64,000 nt of DNA from an uncultured Gammaproteobacteria bacterium (GCA_964592195.1 CAZQEI010000002.1:13240-77239), one strand, 5' to 3'; shown: positions 1 to 10,272, counted from the first letter of the stretch. Numbers and translations are program-made. The notes: generated by a model from the sequence alone, not told the origin.

Positions 1-3000
1 ATTATAGTTCTGACCGGCAAAACCTCCAAGCCTAAACCCACCGGTAACAGCACCAATCGAGTAAGAAGTGGTAATTTCGCCATCATTGTAACCGACAAAA
101 CCGCCAATCACATTAAGACCAGAGACAGTCCCAACAGAGAAGGAATCTGTCACCGTACCAGCATTATATCCAAGTAGACCTCCAACATACTCGTCGCCTG
201 ACACCGCAATCTCATCAGCGCTAGAATTAGTAATCGTATGATGAGTGCCAGGATGAGTGAAATAATAATATTCACGGAACCATTTCTGAATATCATTAGG
301 ATATTGGGCTAAGGCAACATGTTCCAAGGCATCATGATATCCATTTGAAATAACCTCAAAAGATCGTTCATATCCATTTGGTAAAATAGGCAAAGTCCCA
401 AAGTCCAAATCAACTGCTGTATTGTTTTCACTTAACACAAGATATTTTTCATCCACTTCTTTTAACAAAGACAAATCACAACCACCACCAGTACATGAAA
501 CTGGCTCAAGTAGATGAGTCATTGTATCGACTCCATTGGTATCAGTAATCTTTATCGCAATATAATCAACATAATCAATATTTCTCTCAGTCGGATCATA
601 GGACATTTTCACAATACTATTGGTAAAAGAATCCAATTTGTAATGAAAAGCTCCTTCACCGGCCTTGCCGTTGTTGTAAACATTAAGCTTCGCGTTAAAT
701 TCATAGCCATTCCCGTTATCAGTAGAAATAATCGGACATTTGTTGTGTGCCAAAATTCCATCAGCGTAATAACTGTGTCCTGGTCCGCAAGTAAGTTCGC
801 CTTCGTTTTCAGGTTTAACCTCCAAATTATACACCGGCACAGAATCATACACACCTTGGATTGAATAAACTTCAATATTTTCCCCATTCTCTCCCCGCAA
901 CAGGTCACCAACAACGATTGATCCCGCCTCCAGCCATTCTCCATTTACATAGAGAGGGTGATTGGGAGTAAGTTTCAAACTATCATTAATAATTAAATAT
1001 TGATCAGTTTCATGAATAAATATCTGAGCCACTTGTCCAAAAACTTTTTGTCCAGAGATTTCATTGAACGATTGTACCCAATCTCCAGTTTTTACATTTT
1101 CAATATTTTTATATGATCCATCTTCTAGCAAAATTTGCGTTCCAGCCAAGAAACAGACATCGGGAATGTCATGATAACCACCGAGACCTCCAACGTAATC
1201 TGAATCTTCAGCCACGACACTACCACTCACATTTACATTGTCGATGGTACTGCCTGTACTGATATACCCAGCCAGAATACCGATATATTCACTTTCTCCA
1301 TGAGCTTCAATAGAAGCATCGACGATATCAACGTTTGAAATTTGGGCTCCGTCTCCGATTATTCCAAATAAACCCAGTTGAGCTTCGCCACGATTCACAT
1401 ATAAATTTTGAATTTCATAATTACCGCCTTCTCCATTTTCACCCTCAAGACTACCAGTAAAGAAATCATCCTCCAAAAAGCCATCGCGACCGTCATCATC
1501 TCTGTCACCACAATTATTAGAAGTTTGATTGCAACCAATTGGACTAAATCCCAAGAACATGCCCCCCTCTTCTGCATACCATTCATAATAGTTATCTTCA
1601 CAATCCACTTGATTGTCATAATCACTATCGCCCAGACAAATGCCATCAACATCATTCCACTCATCGGTATCAGAACAATCAATATTTTGAATTAATACAT
1701 AATGACCGGACAGATCCTCAGCCATTTCCTGCAATTGTTCACAGCTTGAAATGGAATATATATTATCTGCGTCAATACCCCGAAGTGTTGGGTAGGCGCC
1801 CACGGCCACATCCCAAATCTCATCAAAATCCCACTCATCAATCGGAGCATTTTCATAATTCCCCTTGAAATCATTTATACCATTTACCTTTTCCGGCTCA
1901 TACTCTATAGCTCCAGCACCCAAAACACCATCATCCAAACTGTTAAACCACCGATTACTTGAATAGTCATTACCATAGCTCTCAGCAATAAAACCAGCTA
2001 AATATTCAGCATCTTCATACAACGAGGAAACCTCACCCGTACTGAATGAGTAATAAACATCACCGTCATCATAAGAAATAAAGCCAGCTAGGTAATCACT
2101 ATTTCCTTCATCTGACCCAAGAACATCTCCGGTAGAATAAGAATAATAAATAGCACCGTCATTTTCAGCGGCAAAGCCTCCAGTATACTCATATCCCGTA
2201 ACATTTCCCGTGGCATAACAATCTGAGATATTGCCACTATTATTAGCGACAAAACCACCGGCTTCGCCTTCCGTAGATTCTACTTCGACATCTGAAAAAG
2301 ATTGATATATATTCCCATTATTTCTTCCAACCAACCCACCAGCATAATCGATAGATTCCACTGCGCCAGTAACATAGACAAGATTCACAGAGGCGTCATT
2401 ATCGATATAAGTAGCCAGTCCAGCTGAGTGATTATCACCGCTAATATTCACGTTTTCTAATCCCAACTCATAGACAGCATAGTCAGCCTCTCCGCTACCA
2501 ATAGCCGCAAACAAAGCAGCATCAGCATTGAATCCCTCTCCATGACGATTAATATATAATCCGGTTATTTTGTGACGATTGCCATCAAAGGAACCGGTAA
2601 AATACTCAGGATTATTATTACATCCATCACCATAATCACAATACCCTATCGGATCAAAACCAGCTTCATCCCCCCAAATTCCACCATCATCATAATCGTC
2701 ATCATCTGGATTGGTCATCGAACAATCAATATCCTCAGTTAATACAAAATAGTCATCCAAATAGTCTGCATCGCTATCGATCGCCTGTAGCTGTTCGCAG
2801 GTTTCAATTTGCCAAGGAGATAGTTCAGTTCCTGCTCCTCCGGCAAAAAGTGAACCCGCCCAGTTCAAAACGGTTTTTATCACAACTATATCCTTATTGG
2901 CAGAATAGGTATTAAGAGGATTTTGGTCGTCTACTATTTGCCATGTTCCATTACTATATCCAGCAACATAAGCATTGTCATCAGCGTCGACTACAATACT

Positions 3001-6000
3001 CTGACCATTATCTTCTGCTTCCGAACCATAAAAAGTGTGGCCTTGATAATCACCGCTATCGTTAAGTTTTAATATCATGATATCAGCAGCGCCTACGTAG
3101 TCATTTAGTGGAGCGGAATCACCATCTCCTAACCATGTATCCAAGCTCCTACCTGTGACATAAATTACAGAAGAGTCATCAATTGCCATACCTAGACCAT
3201 AATCATCCGACTCTGAACCATAAAAAGTGTGCCATTGGTATGTCCCACTATCATCCAACTTAACAACCATTATATCGTCACCACCTGAATATGGATGGAG
3301 TGAAGCGCTGTCTTCCGGTCCAGCCCATGAAGCCCCACTAAATCCAGTAGCGTATAAATAACCAGCTTGCACGTGAATGCTGTTAATCCAGTCTTGCTCG
3401 GTTGAGCCATAGAATGTGTGCCATTGGTATCCACCATCGGTATCAAGTTTTAAAATAAAAGCATCGTTGTCGCTTTCCGTAAAACCATTAAGCGGTTCTT
3501 CGCCATCAGAGCCAGTCCAGGAATCGATAGAAAATCCTCCGACATAAACATTTGCGTCACCATCAACAGCGATACTGGTCGGTTCATCTCCAGGATTATC
3601 TTCATCGACATAGGCATCCGAACCATAAAAAGTGTGCCACAAATAATTTCCATCAGTATCTAGCTTGAGTATTGCCATATCGGTCTGAGACCCAGAATCT
3701 TCGCCACTACTATAAGGGTGCAGTGGACCTTCTGCATCAGCCCCGTTCCAAGTATAGTAACTTTTTATCGCCACATAAACATTACCACTACCATCGACTA
3801 CAATACCTTGTCCTTCGTCCATAAAATCGGAACCATAAAATGTATGCCATTGATAGTCTCCATCACTGTTAAGTTTTAGAACAAAAGAATCCGAGTCACC
3901 TGCCGTAAACGCATTTAGCGGATCTTCAGAATCTGGCTCCGGACCATCCCATAATGAATAACTGAATCCTGTTATATAAAGATTGTTATCAGTATCAACC
4001 GCCGCTGAAAACCCATAATCATAACTATCCCCTCCATAAAAAGTGTGCCATAAATAACGCCCATCACTATCTAATTTTAAGACGAAAATATCAGCCGCAT
4101 TTCCTGAACTAGAGTGTGTATTCAACGGTTCTGTTCCTGTTTCTCCATGCGAATTCCAGGTATTCTTACTTCTCCCTACTATATAGGAATTTCCTTCGTT
4201 ATCTTTCACAATTTGATACGGTCTGTCTTCGGCAGCCGAACCATAAAAAGTATTCCACGAATCGTAAGTTTCTTCTGCAACACTAAAAGTTCTTTCTCCG
4301 GTTGAAACCTTATTCCCGCCCAAATCAACAGCATAGGCGGTCATGGTATGTTCACCATCAGCCAAATCATTAAAAGTTTGACCATATTGATTTTCGGAAG
4401 CATCATACAAAGACGCAATTTCAGCCGCAGATAATGCTCGATTGAAAATAGCTACATCGTCAACAAGTCCGCTAAAATTACTGCCACCAATTGAATCAGC
4501 TCCAATAGTAATAGAGCCATCAGCACTGTTAATAGTGTCGATGGTTTCGCTTTGATCTACTAACACACCATCAACATATAATTTGACACTTGTTCCATTG
4601 TATACCCCCACAAGATGATACCATTGCGAGGCATTAAGAGTCGTCACTGCAGCAAACCAAGAGGCACCATTATAAATAGAAAAAGAAGTCCCCCCCAACC
4701 CGTTGTGATCCCAATCCAAATCGTAAGATCCAGCGACATCCGCATAACCAATAATTCTTTTAATAGCGCTGCCAGTCGAAGCAGAATCAGAATTAACCCA
4801 AGCTGAAATAGTAAAGTCACCCGTGACTTGCAAGGAAGGATTATCCGTCACATCAACATGATTCCCTCCATCAAGACTAAACGCCTGCCCAAATTTTCCA
4901 GAAACATAATTTTCACTTTCAACTCCAGTATACAATTGCCACTCATCTATTCTCGGCCAGTTCACAGCAGGGACACTGGAATCAATAAACAGCCTGTAAT
5001 AGCGATAGCTATTGCTATTGTCGAGATAGTCCAGATACCAGGCATTTGCATCTCCGTGAGAGAAATCCCTCAAGTCAGTCCAATTGGTGTTATCGTTGGA
5101 GCCCTGAATCCTACCAATCAATGATGTTGTTAATGTATCATTTTCATGAGTTGAATAATGCAATCTTGATGCGGTAACTATTTCATCATTACCTTCTCCC
5201 AAATCTATTGCCAACCATTGTGTTGGTCCATTGTGATTTTGGAGATCTCCGTCACACCACCAGAAGGTATCTTCATCACCATCAAAAGCGATTTCCGGTC
5301 CATAGGTACTTGGCTGATAGGTATTTGACGCAGTCGCGGACCCAGGGGATAGTTCTACTAGTGTCTCGAGATCAATATGTTCATAGTCAGCCTCGTAACC
5401 CGCATGATTTCCGAAACTGGAATCATCACTGCCATTGTTTTCACCCCGCCACCAACCAAGAAGAGAATCATCAAAATCATTTACAACATAATGCTGCGCA
5501 GTGCTATTTGTAGAAACTGATATTTCCGCCGTCGTAACATCAAGAGTAGATTCATCCGCAGGGGTAGGTTCCTCAAAATCAATTGCTATAAGATCATCGG
5601 CCGCGATCGCCATCAACGTTGGAAAATATCCTTCAGTTACCACCCACTTCGGACCTTCAAAATCCCAAGAACCAATAGGCGGAGAAGCAACATCATAACT
5701 CGCTGGCTTGAAATAACTCAAATCTGCATTTGAAGACGCTTGCACTGAATCATCATTACCAACTACCAGCCAAATACTTCCATCATCATAATAATAAAAT
5801 CCATCAAGATCCCCATCACCAATCCCAACAGCTTCAGTAAAACCGATAAAAAACCCAGTATTGTCGACATTTTCATTCGTAATCGTCGCAGCCACAAAAC
5901 TATTAGTGGCAGTATCTGTCCCAACGTAGTCTGATCCAACCATACCCCCAATATTTGCCGAATCTTCTGGGTCAGTCCCAGTAACTGTCCCCCCAAAGTA

Positions 6001-8736
6001 GCTATTCTCGATATTCAATTCTGAGGCATAGTTGTACCCCAAAATTCCACCTATATTATAGACACCACTAACATCACTTATAGAATAAGCATTGAATATT
6101 AAAACCCCAGTATCAGTATAACCATCACTGTTATAAATCATTCCGACGAACCCACCAACACTTTCATCCCCAGTGACAGATCCAGAAGTATAACTTTCAG
6201 AAATTGAAACATCACAAGTATCGTCGTCAAACACAGCTTTACCAATCATTCCGCCAACATCATTTGATGCCGAAGAAATATTACCGTCCATATAACTTGT
6301 CGAAATATCAAAGTCTGTTTCCTCGAGACAACCGTCAAACGATACGTTTCCAATAAACCCACCAGTCCCAGCCTCCCCGTCTATATCTCCGGAAACTGAA
6401 GAATTGGTGATTTGGGACGCAGAATTACCGTACATTTCTCCAACAAATCCACCGGAGATATTTGATGAAGTAATATCGAGATTACTATGCACATTTCCAA
6501 TAGTAATGCCCGTGTCAGTTTCAGCCATCGATTCAATTTGTCCAACCAGTGCTCCAAAATATGCGCCACTACTATCACCTCCGACACTTCCACCATCAAG
6601 AGTTAAATCTTTAAAAGTTGGATATATTGCTTGTTCAAACATTCCCACCGCATCCGCATCATCGAGGTAAATATTAAGATTGCTAATCGTATGATTATCA
6701 CCATCCAAAACACCATTAAAAATATGTGTATCAGTATCATCCTGAAACAACCCGATCGGAGTAAAGACTCCTTCATTTTCTTCACCGTCATTAACAGTTA
6801 AACAATCAATGTCATCCATCAATTTATATACATCTTCTGAAGCAGTTCCTCCACTATAAGTCAGAGTAATATCTTGCAGCTCCTGACATGTCGCAATGCC
6901 ATGCACCCGTCTAAGAGTGGGATAACCTACTCCCTCTGGATCACGCCAAACAGCTGCAAAATCCCAATCTGTAAACGTATCTGCCCCACTCATCTCGACT
7001 GTTGTCTTGCCCACACCGTCTGCACTATTCATCAATCCTGACATATCAGTATCCCAAAAAGAATTTGTAACCGATCCACCGCCATCCTCATATCCAACCA
7101 GCCCACCAACACCCTGGCCACCTCCATCACGAACATTAACGACTACTGCTGAATAACTATTAACAATAGTAGATCCACCTTGGTTGGCGCCAACTAAACC
7201 ACCCAATCTATTTGCACCAGTTACACTGCCGGTGGCATAGGTATTTGAAATAGAAGTATTGTTATAACTGAAACCAACCAAAGTCCCTACAGCCCAGTCA
7301 ACACCAGTAATTTCTACATCTTCCAAACCAACATTACTGATCGTTGCACCATGAGTCTCACCAAAAAGACCAGTTCCGCCAGCAAGTGCTGGAGACGTAC
7401 GATGCATGTATAAATCAGAAATTACATATCCATTGCCATCGAATGTCCCACTAAAGTACGTAGCTGGAGTATCATTAGGATTACCAATAGGGTTAAAACC
7501 CTTTGAATATTTCAAATCAGCAGTCACTACCCCTTCCGGTGGCAACATAAAGATTATATTCCCAGCCTCAAGATTAGCGCTATAATCCACCGCTCCACCC
7601 TCCAATTCAAATCCATCTTCATAAACCGTTAACTCAGTTAAATGGGTATAACCAGTTGCATAGGTTGTCCCCTCCACTAATGTCAACGAAACGCCCGCAA
7701 CTAGATCAGACTCATTCCAGCCCGTTGCAGCTGAACAATCAATATCCCCAATCAAAACATAATCCGCATCCAATTCAGTACTCATGTTTTGCAATTGCTG
7801 ACAGTCTTCAATTTGGTAGGGATCTTCTGCTGTTCCAGTTCCACCGGCAAAATCAAAATCTGGAGCCATCTCTTCCACCGTAATCGTTCCGGAGTCAGTC
7901 GACGTCAGACCACTTTTCGCCGCCCTAATTGTGGCCGCGCCAACAGTGTCGGCAGTAAAGACTGCGAATTTGTTGGTAGTAACGTCTGGCACAAGATCTC
8001 CAATTACATCGCCTTCGAGCGACCAACTATCGGGAGAGACATTTTCAATAAAATTTCCATATTGATCACGAGTAATAGCATATACAGTCAAATCATCATC
8101 TCCAATAAAAATTGTTTGCTCAGGCACGACAGTTCCGTCCCCACCGTCCGCGGCTATTTCAACGCGAACGTGAGTGGCATCATCAGCCACGAAAACAACA
8201 TCAGAAATATCCCCTTCAAAATCAGCTGTCGAAAGACCAAAAGTCCCCGTAGTAGTGGTGATTGTTGGGAATTGGATTTCGTTCCCAGTGGCAGTATCAG
8301 ACAGTTGAATAACTATTGGGCCATAACCACCAGAGGGATAAAGTTCACGAATATATTCCAAACTAAGACTGGTACCCGAGACAAGCACAGATTCAGGATG
8401 CTCTGATGTTTCAATACTCTCTTGTACAATCAAAAAATCTGACTGGGAAATATTGTCAGCATTAAGAATTGTTCCCTCTGGAAAATCCAAGACCAAAGTT
8501 GGTGGCGTGGAATATTCTTGTGAAACCGTAAAGGTCGTAATAATGTCATCTGCTGACATGAAGGCTCCGACAGGACTGCCAGAAGGAGCGAAGGTAAGAC
8601 CATTCATCGCCGCATGTGCCACGTTAATTTCCAAAAAACCTAAGCCTGAGGAAGAAAAAACAAACGAGAAGATCACAAAAGAAATTAGCAATTTTTTGCC
8701 AACTATTTTTAATGTTTTCATAAATATTTTTATCAT
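1..8736 (-). CDS. Giant secreted/cell-surface multidomain protein, partial: the N-terminus is in the window and the C-terminus runs off coordinate 1. It has a signal peptide, 4 copies of a C-x2-LQ...DIDC module followed by GLUG repeats, an F5/8 type C (discoidin) domain, a LamG / concanavalin-like domain, 7 SBBP beta-propeller repeats and a Hint/BIL domain.
   Basis: I translated the reverse strand by hand from the ATG at 8736 (MIKIFMKTLKIVGKKLLISFVIFSFVF...; alternative ATG at 8721) and found no in-frame stop down to position 1. It is missing from the ORF track because there is no in-window stop codon. Recognisable motifs include repeated WHTFYGS, QWLAIDLG...YRYYRL, GGLVGYN/GGFVG GLUG-like repeats and CFLAGTQILLEDGS...ILAHN. 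Individual residues from the hand translation may be wrong. Confidence 0.8.
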   Translation of the reverse strand, partial: MIKIFMKTLKIVGKKLLISFVIFSFVFSSSGLGFLEINVAHAAMNGLTFAPSGSPVGAFMSADDIITTFTVSQEYSTPPTLVLDFPEGTILNADNISQSDFLIVQESIETSEHPESVLVSGTSLSLEYIRELYPSGGYGPIVIQLSDTATGNEIQFPTITTTTGTFGLSTADFEGDISDVVFVADDATHVRVEIAADGGDGTVVPEQTIFIGDDDLTVYAITRDQYGNFIENVSPDSWSLEGDVIGDLVPDVTTNKFAVFTADTVGAATIRAAKSGLTSTDSGTITVEEMAPDFDFAGGTGTAEDPYQIEDCQQLQNMSTELDADYVLIGDIDCSAATGWNESDLVAGVSLTLVEGTTYATGYTHLTELTVYEDGFELEGGAVDYSANLEAGNIIFMLPPEGVVTADLKYSKGFNPIGNPNDTPATYFSGTFDGNGYVISDLYMHRTSPALAGGTGLFGETHGATISNVGLEDVEITGVDWAVGTLVGFSYNNTSISNTYATGSVTGANRLGGLVGANQGGSTIVNSYSAVVVNVRDGGGQGVGGLVGYEDGGGSVTNSFWDTDMSGLMNSADGVGKTTVEMSGADTFTDWDFAAVWRDPEGVGYPTLRRVHGIATCQELQDITLTYSGGTASEDVYKLMDDIDCLTVNDGEENEGVFTPIGLFQDDTDTHIFNGVLDGDNHTISNLNIYLDDADAVGMFEQAIYPTFKDLTLDGGSVGGDSSGAYFGALVGQIESMAETDTGITIGNVHSNLDITSSNISGGFVGEMYGNSASQITNSSVSGDIDGEAGTGGFIGNVSFDGCLEETDFDISTSYMDGNISSASNDVGGMIGKAVFDDDTCDVSISESYTSGSVTGDESVGGFVGMIYNSDGYTDTGVLIFNAYSISDVSGVYNIGGILGYNYASELNIENSYFGGTVTGTDPEDSANIGGMVGSDYVGTDTATNSFVAATITNENVDNTGFFIGFTEAVGIGDGDLDGFYYYDDGSIWLVVGNDDSVQASSNADLSYFKPASYDVASPPIGSWDFEGPKWVVTEGYFPTLMAIAADDLIAIDFEEPTPADESTLDVTTAEISVSTNSTAQHYVVNDFDDSLLGWWRGENNGSDDSSFGNHAGYEADYEHIDLETLVELSPGSATASNTYQPSTYGPEIAFDGDEDTFWWCDGDLQNHNGPTQWLAIDLGEGNDEIVTASRLHYSTHENDTLTTSLIGRIQGSNDNTNWTDLRDFSHGDANAWYLDYLDNSNSYRYYRLFIDSSVPAVNWPRIDEWQLYTGVESENYVSGKFGQAFSLDGGNHVDVTDNPSLQVTGDFTISAWVNSDSASTGSAIKRIIGYADVAGSYDLDWDHNGLGGTSFSIYNGASWFAAVTTLNASQWYHLVGVYNGTSVKLYVDGVLVDQSETIDTINSADGSITIGADSIGGSNFSGLVDDVAIFNRALSAAEIASLYDASENQYGQTFNDLADGEHTMTAYAVDLGGNKVSTGERTFSVAEETYDSWNTFYGSAAEDRPYQIVKDNEGNSYIVGRSKNTWNSHGETGTEPLNTHSSSGNAADIFVLKLDSDGRYLWHTFYGGDSYDYGFSAAVDTDNNLYITGFSYSLWDGPEPDSEDPLNAFTAGDSDSFVLKLNSDGDYQWHTFYGSDFMDEGQGIVVDGSGNVYVAIKSYYTWNGADAEGPLHPYSSGEDSGSQTDMAILKLDTDGNYLWHTFYGSDAYVDEDNPGDEPTSIAVDGDANVYVGGFSIDSWTGSDGEEPLNGFTESDNDAFILKLDTDGGYQWHTFYGSTEQDWINSIHVQAGYLYATGFSGASWAGPEDSASLHPYSGGDDIMVVKLDDSGTYQWHTFYGSESDDYGLGMAIDDSSVIYVTGRSLDTWLGDGDSAPLNDYVGAADIMILKLNDSGDYQGHTFYGSEAEDNGQSIVVDADDNAYVAGYSNGTWQIVDDQNPLNTYSANKDIVVIKTVLNWAGSLFAGGAGTELSPWQIETCEQLQAIDSDADYLDDYFVLTEDIDCSMTNPDDDDYDDGGIWGDEAGFDPIGYCDYGDGCNNNPEYFTGSFDGNRHKITGLYINRHGEGFNADAALFAAIGSGEADYAVYELGLENVNISGDNHSAGLATYIDNDASVNLVYVTGAVESIDYAGGLVGRNNGNIYQSFSDVEVESTEGEAGGFVANNSGNISDCYATGNVTGYEYTGGFAAENDGAIYYSYSTGDVLGSDEGNSDYLAGFISYDDGDVYYSFSTGEVSSLYEDAEYLAGFIAESYGNDYSSNRWFNSLDDGVLGAGAIEYEPEKVNGINDFKGNYENAPIDEWDFDEIWDVAVGAYPTLRGIDADNIYSISSCEQLQEMAEDLSGHYVLIQNIDCSDTDEWNDVDGICLGDSDYDNQVDCEDNYYEWYAEEGGMFLGFSPIGCNQTSNNCGDRDDDGRDGFLEDDFFTGSLEGENGEGGNYEIQNLYVNRGEAQLGLFGIIGDGAQISNVDIVDASIEAHGESEYIGILAGYISTGSTIDNVNVSGSVVAEDSDYVGGLGGYHDIPDVCFLAGTQILLEDGSYKNIENVKTGDWVQSFNEISGQKVFGQVAQIFIHETDQYLIINDSLKLTPNHPLYVNGEWLEAGSIVVGDLLRGENGENIEVYSIQGVYDSVPVYNLEVKPENEGELTCGPGHSYYADGILAHNKCPIISTDNGNGYEFNAKLNVYNNGKAGEGAFHYKLDSFTNSIVKMSYDPTERNIDYVDYIAIKITDTNGVDTMTHLLEPVSCTGGGCDLSLLKEVDEKYLVLSENNTAVDLDFGTLPILPNGYERSFEVISNGYHDALEHVALAQYPNDIQKWFREYYYFTHPGTHHTITNSSADEIAVSGDEYVGGLLGYNAGTVTDSFSVGTVSGLNVIGGFVGYNDGEITTSYSIGAVTGGFRLGGFAGQNYN
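742..1155 (-). other. Hint (hedgehog/intein-like, bacterial intein-like) domain inside the giant protein
   Basis: Block A CFLAGTQILLEDGSYKNIENVKTGDWV starts with Cys (codon 1153-1155). Block B is TPNHPLYV. The C-terminal part reads VYNLEVKPENE...HSYYADGILAHN, ending with HN (codons 742-747) followed by K-C. Confidence 0.7.
2940..4270 (-). repeat. Seven tandem SBBP-type beta-propeller repeats of about 68-70 aa within the giant protein
   Basis: Reverse-strand motif W/YxWHTFYGS...D.G..IAVD..GN.YVTG recurs at about 4250, 4050, 3845, 3630, 3420, 3230 and 3030. The plus strand shows ccataaaaagtgtgcca repeated. Confidence 0.7.
4400..4885 (-). other. LamG / concanavalin A-like lectin domain within the giant protein
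   Basis: FDGGNHVDVTDNPSLQVTGDFTISAWVN...WYHLVGVYNGTSVKLYVDGVL...GLVDDVAIFNRALSAAEIASLYD. Confidence 0.6.
4935..5320 (-). other. F5/8 type C (discoidin) domain within the giant protein
   Basis: PSTYGPEIAFDGDEDTFWWCDG...PTQWLAIDLGEGNDEI...YRYYRLFIDSS...EWQLY. The QW.x.DLG and RY.RL signatures are present. Confidence 0.6.
5900..7830 (-). repeat. Two N-terminal [CxxLQ...DIDC module + GLUG repeat] units of the giant protein. Two further modules lie at about 2740..2840 and 1660..1770, with GLUG-like repeats at 2000..2560 and 1..240.
   Basis: DPYQIEDCQQLQNM...DIDCS at 7716-7830 and HGIATCQELQDIT...DIDC at 6780-6920. Each is followed by GF.PIG...F.G.FDGNG..IS.L and by GGLVG.N.G.I..SY..G.V.G repeats. 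Confidence 0.55.
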
Positions 8737-8740
8737 ATTC

Positions 8741-8760
8741 AAATTATTAATATTATACCA
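8741..8760 (-). promoter_or_regulatory. Putative -10 box (TATAAT on the minus strand) upstream of the giant gene
   Basis: Minus strand reads ggttaattatggTATAATattaataatttgaatATG. Confidence 0.3.
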
Positions 8761-8881
8761 TAATTAACCAATTTTATTAATAAAAAAATGACTTATCCAC
8801 AAATTTTTTAGAATAACAGCCTGACTCAAGACAATAAACAAAAAAAACACCAAACGATGTTTTTAAAAATAATTCCTTCTT

Positions 8882-8912
8882 TCCCGCCTGAGGCGCCTGC
8901 CTGCGCAGGCAG
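8882..8912. repeat. REP-like GC-rich palindrome doublet
   Basis: cccgcctgaggcg + cctgcctgcgcaggcagg. Confidence 0.6.
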
Positions 8913-9034
8913 GCAAAACGATGACAAACTTAGAGCATTCTTCATTCTTATTCAAATAAAAAAACAATTTCGTGTTAATTGTTCTCCAATTTTTATCGTA
9001 TCTCGTTTCTCGCTTCACGTATCTCGACTCACAG

Positions 9035-10270
9035 CTAATCAGACAATTCCCTAAACTCTTTATCTTTCGCAGAAACCAATTCACTCACTTTCAACGCCAT
9101 CGCGTTAATTCCCATCAATCTTATTCCAGCCAAAGTTCTCACTCGTGATAACGCCACATATCCCATCCCATGTTCAAAAGATTTGGATAAATCAATTTCC
9201 GCGGCATCCAGGCTCATACCTTGACTCTTGTGAATGGTAATTGCCCAAGCTAAGCGCAAGGGAATTTGTTTTATACTTGCCAAGATTTCATTGTTTTCTT
9301 CCACATTCCAACTAACTTTCTTAGCGGTAATTAACTTATCACCTTTAACTTTAACAATCGGAAAACCATCGTCGTCAAAATCAACCACTTCCCCCAAAGT
9401 GCCGTTCACGTAGCCTAAATCAAAATTATTTTTCACAAACATCACCGCGGCGCCGACCTTCAAATGCAATTCGTTAACCGCCGGATAACTTTTCTTCAAA
9501 AATTCAACCAGATCAACCGGACCGTTTTGCGTTAACCTAAACAAATGATCTTCGCCTTCAATTCGTAACAATTGTTCTTCGTTGATGGCATCAACATTTT
9601 CATTATGTGTATATAATTTAGTCGGACGAACAATACCTTCTACTGGTTTTTTAAATCTGGTTTTTAATAATTTTAATTCTTTCTCCCCCGCCTTGTTCTC
9701 ACGAATTTTATTCAACACATTCAAGAACTGTAAATCATCCTGACGAAACTGTTCATCGAGGTAACAAACTTTTAAATCAGCGTTCAACCAAGAAAAGGCG
9801 TCAAAAGCAAATTCAAACTGTCGCTCGCGACTAACTGGTGGCAATTGAAAAAAATCTCCACACAGAACAACTTGAATTCCCCCAAACGGTAAAAACGGAT
9901 TGTGCACAGCCCGACAAATCTTATCTACCAAGTCTAAACGCGGTGCATCGAGCATGGATATTTCATCGATTATCAAAACTACGGTTTGTTTAATTCGAGA
10001 AAATAAATCTTCACGATATTTCAACATTTTAACAATATCTTTGTCACTAATGGTTTTCTCAATGCCCATACCACACCAGGAATGAATCGTTCGTCCGTTC
10101 AAATGAGTAGCCGCAATACCAGTCGAAGCAGTAATACCAGCCGGAATCTTTTTCTTTTTTAAATGGTCGATAAATTTATTTAACAAAAAAGTCTTACCAG
10201 TCCCAGCCGAACCAGTAAGAAAGACATTCTTGCCAGCTTTTAATATTTTCAAAGCTTGCGATTGATTCAT
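9035..10270 (-). CDS. Pif1-family (RecD-like) 5'-3' DNA helicase
   Basis: Walker A GSAGTGKT, then DEISM, LCGDFFQLPPV, AITIHKSQG and YVALSRV motifs. Confidence 0.75.
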   Translation of the reverse strand: MNQSQALKILKAGKNVFLTGSAGTGKTFLLNKFIDHLKKKKIPAGITASTGIAATHLNGRTIHSWCGMGIEKTISDKDIVKMLKYREDLFSRIKQTVVLIIDEISMLDAPRLDLVDKICRAVHNPFLPFGGIQVVLCGDFFQLPPVSRERQFEFAFDAFSWLNADLKVCYLDEQFRQDDLQFLNVLNKIRENKAGEKELKLLKTRFKKPVEGIVRPTKLYTHNENVDAINEEQLLRIEGEDHLFRLTQNGPVDLVEFLKKSYPAVNELHLKVGAAVMFVKNNFDLGYVNGTLGEVVDFDDDGFPIVKVKGDKLITAKKVSWNVEENNEILASIKQIPLRLAWAITIHKSQGMSLDAAEIDLSKSFEHGMGYVALSRVRTLAGIRLMGINAMALKVSELVSAKDKEFRELSD

Positions 10271-10272
10271 AA

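Noticed and set aside
742-1155. Hint domain as a canonical self-splicing intein
   Set aside because: The host is a variable surface protein, not a conserved enzyme, and the residue after the terminal HN is Lys. A BIL/Hint autoprocessing domain is more likely.
514-8406. Plus-strand ORFs in the track (514..864, 1408..1695, 4828..5124, 5208..5513, 7789..8406, 8453..8767 and others)
   Set aside because: They are shadow ORFs antisense to the giant minus-strand gene and carry no motifs or SDs.
1-8740. Possibility that the region uses an alternative genetic code (UGA recoding), since the ORF track shows no long ORF here
   Set aside because: The reverse strand is open in one frame under the standard code across the whole region, and long standard-code ORFs (dnaE, pyrG) exist elsewhere. 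The gene is missing from the track only because its stop lies outside the window.
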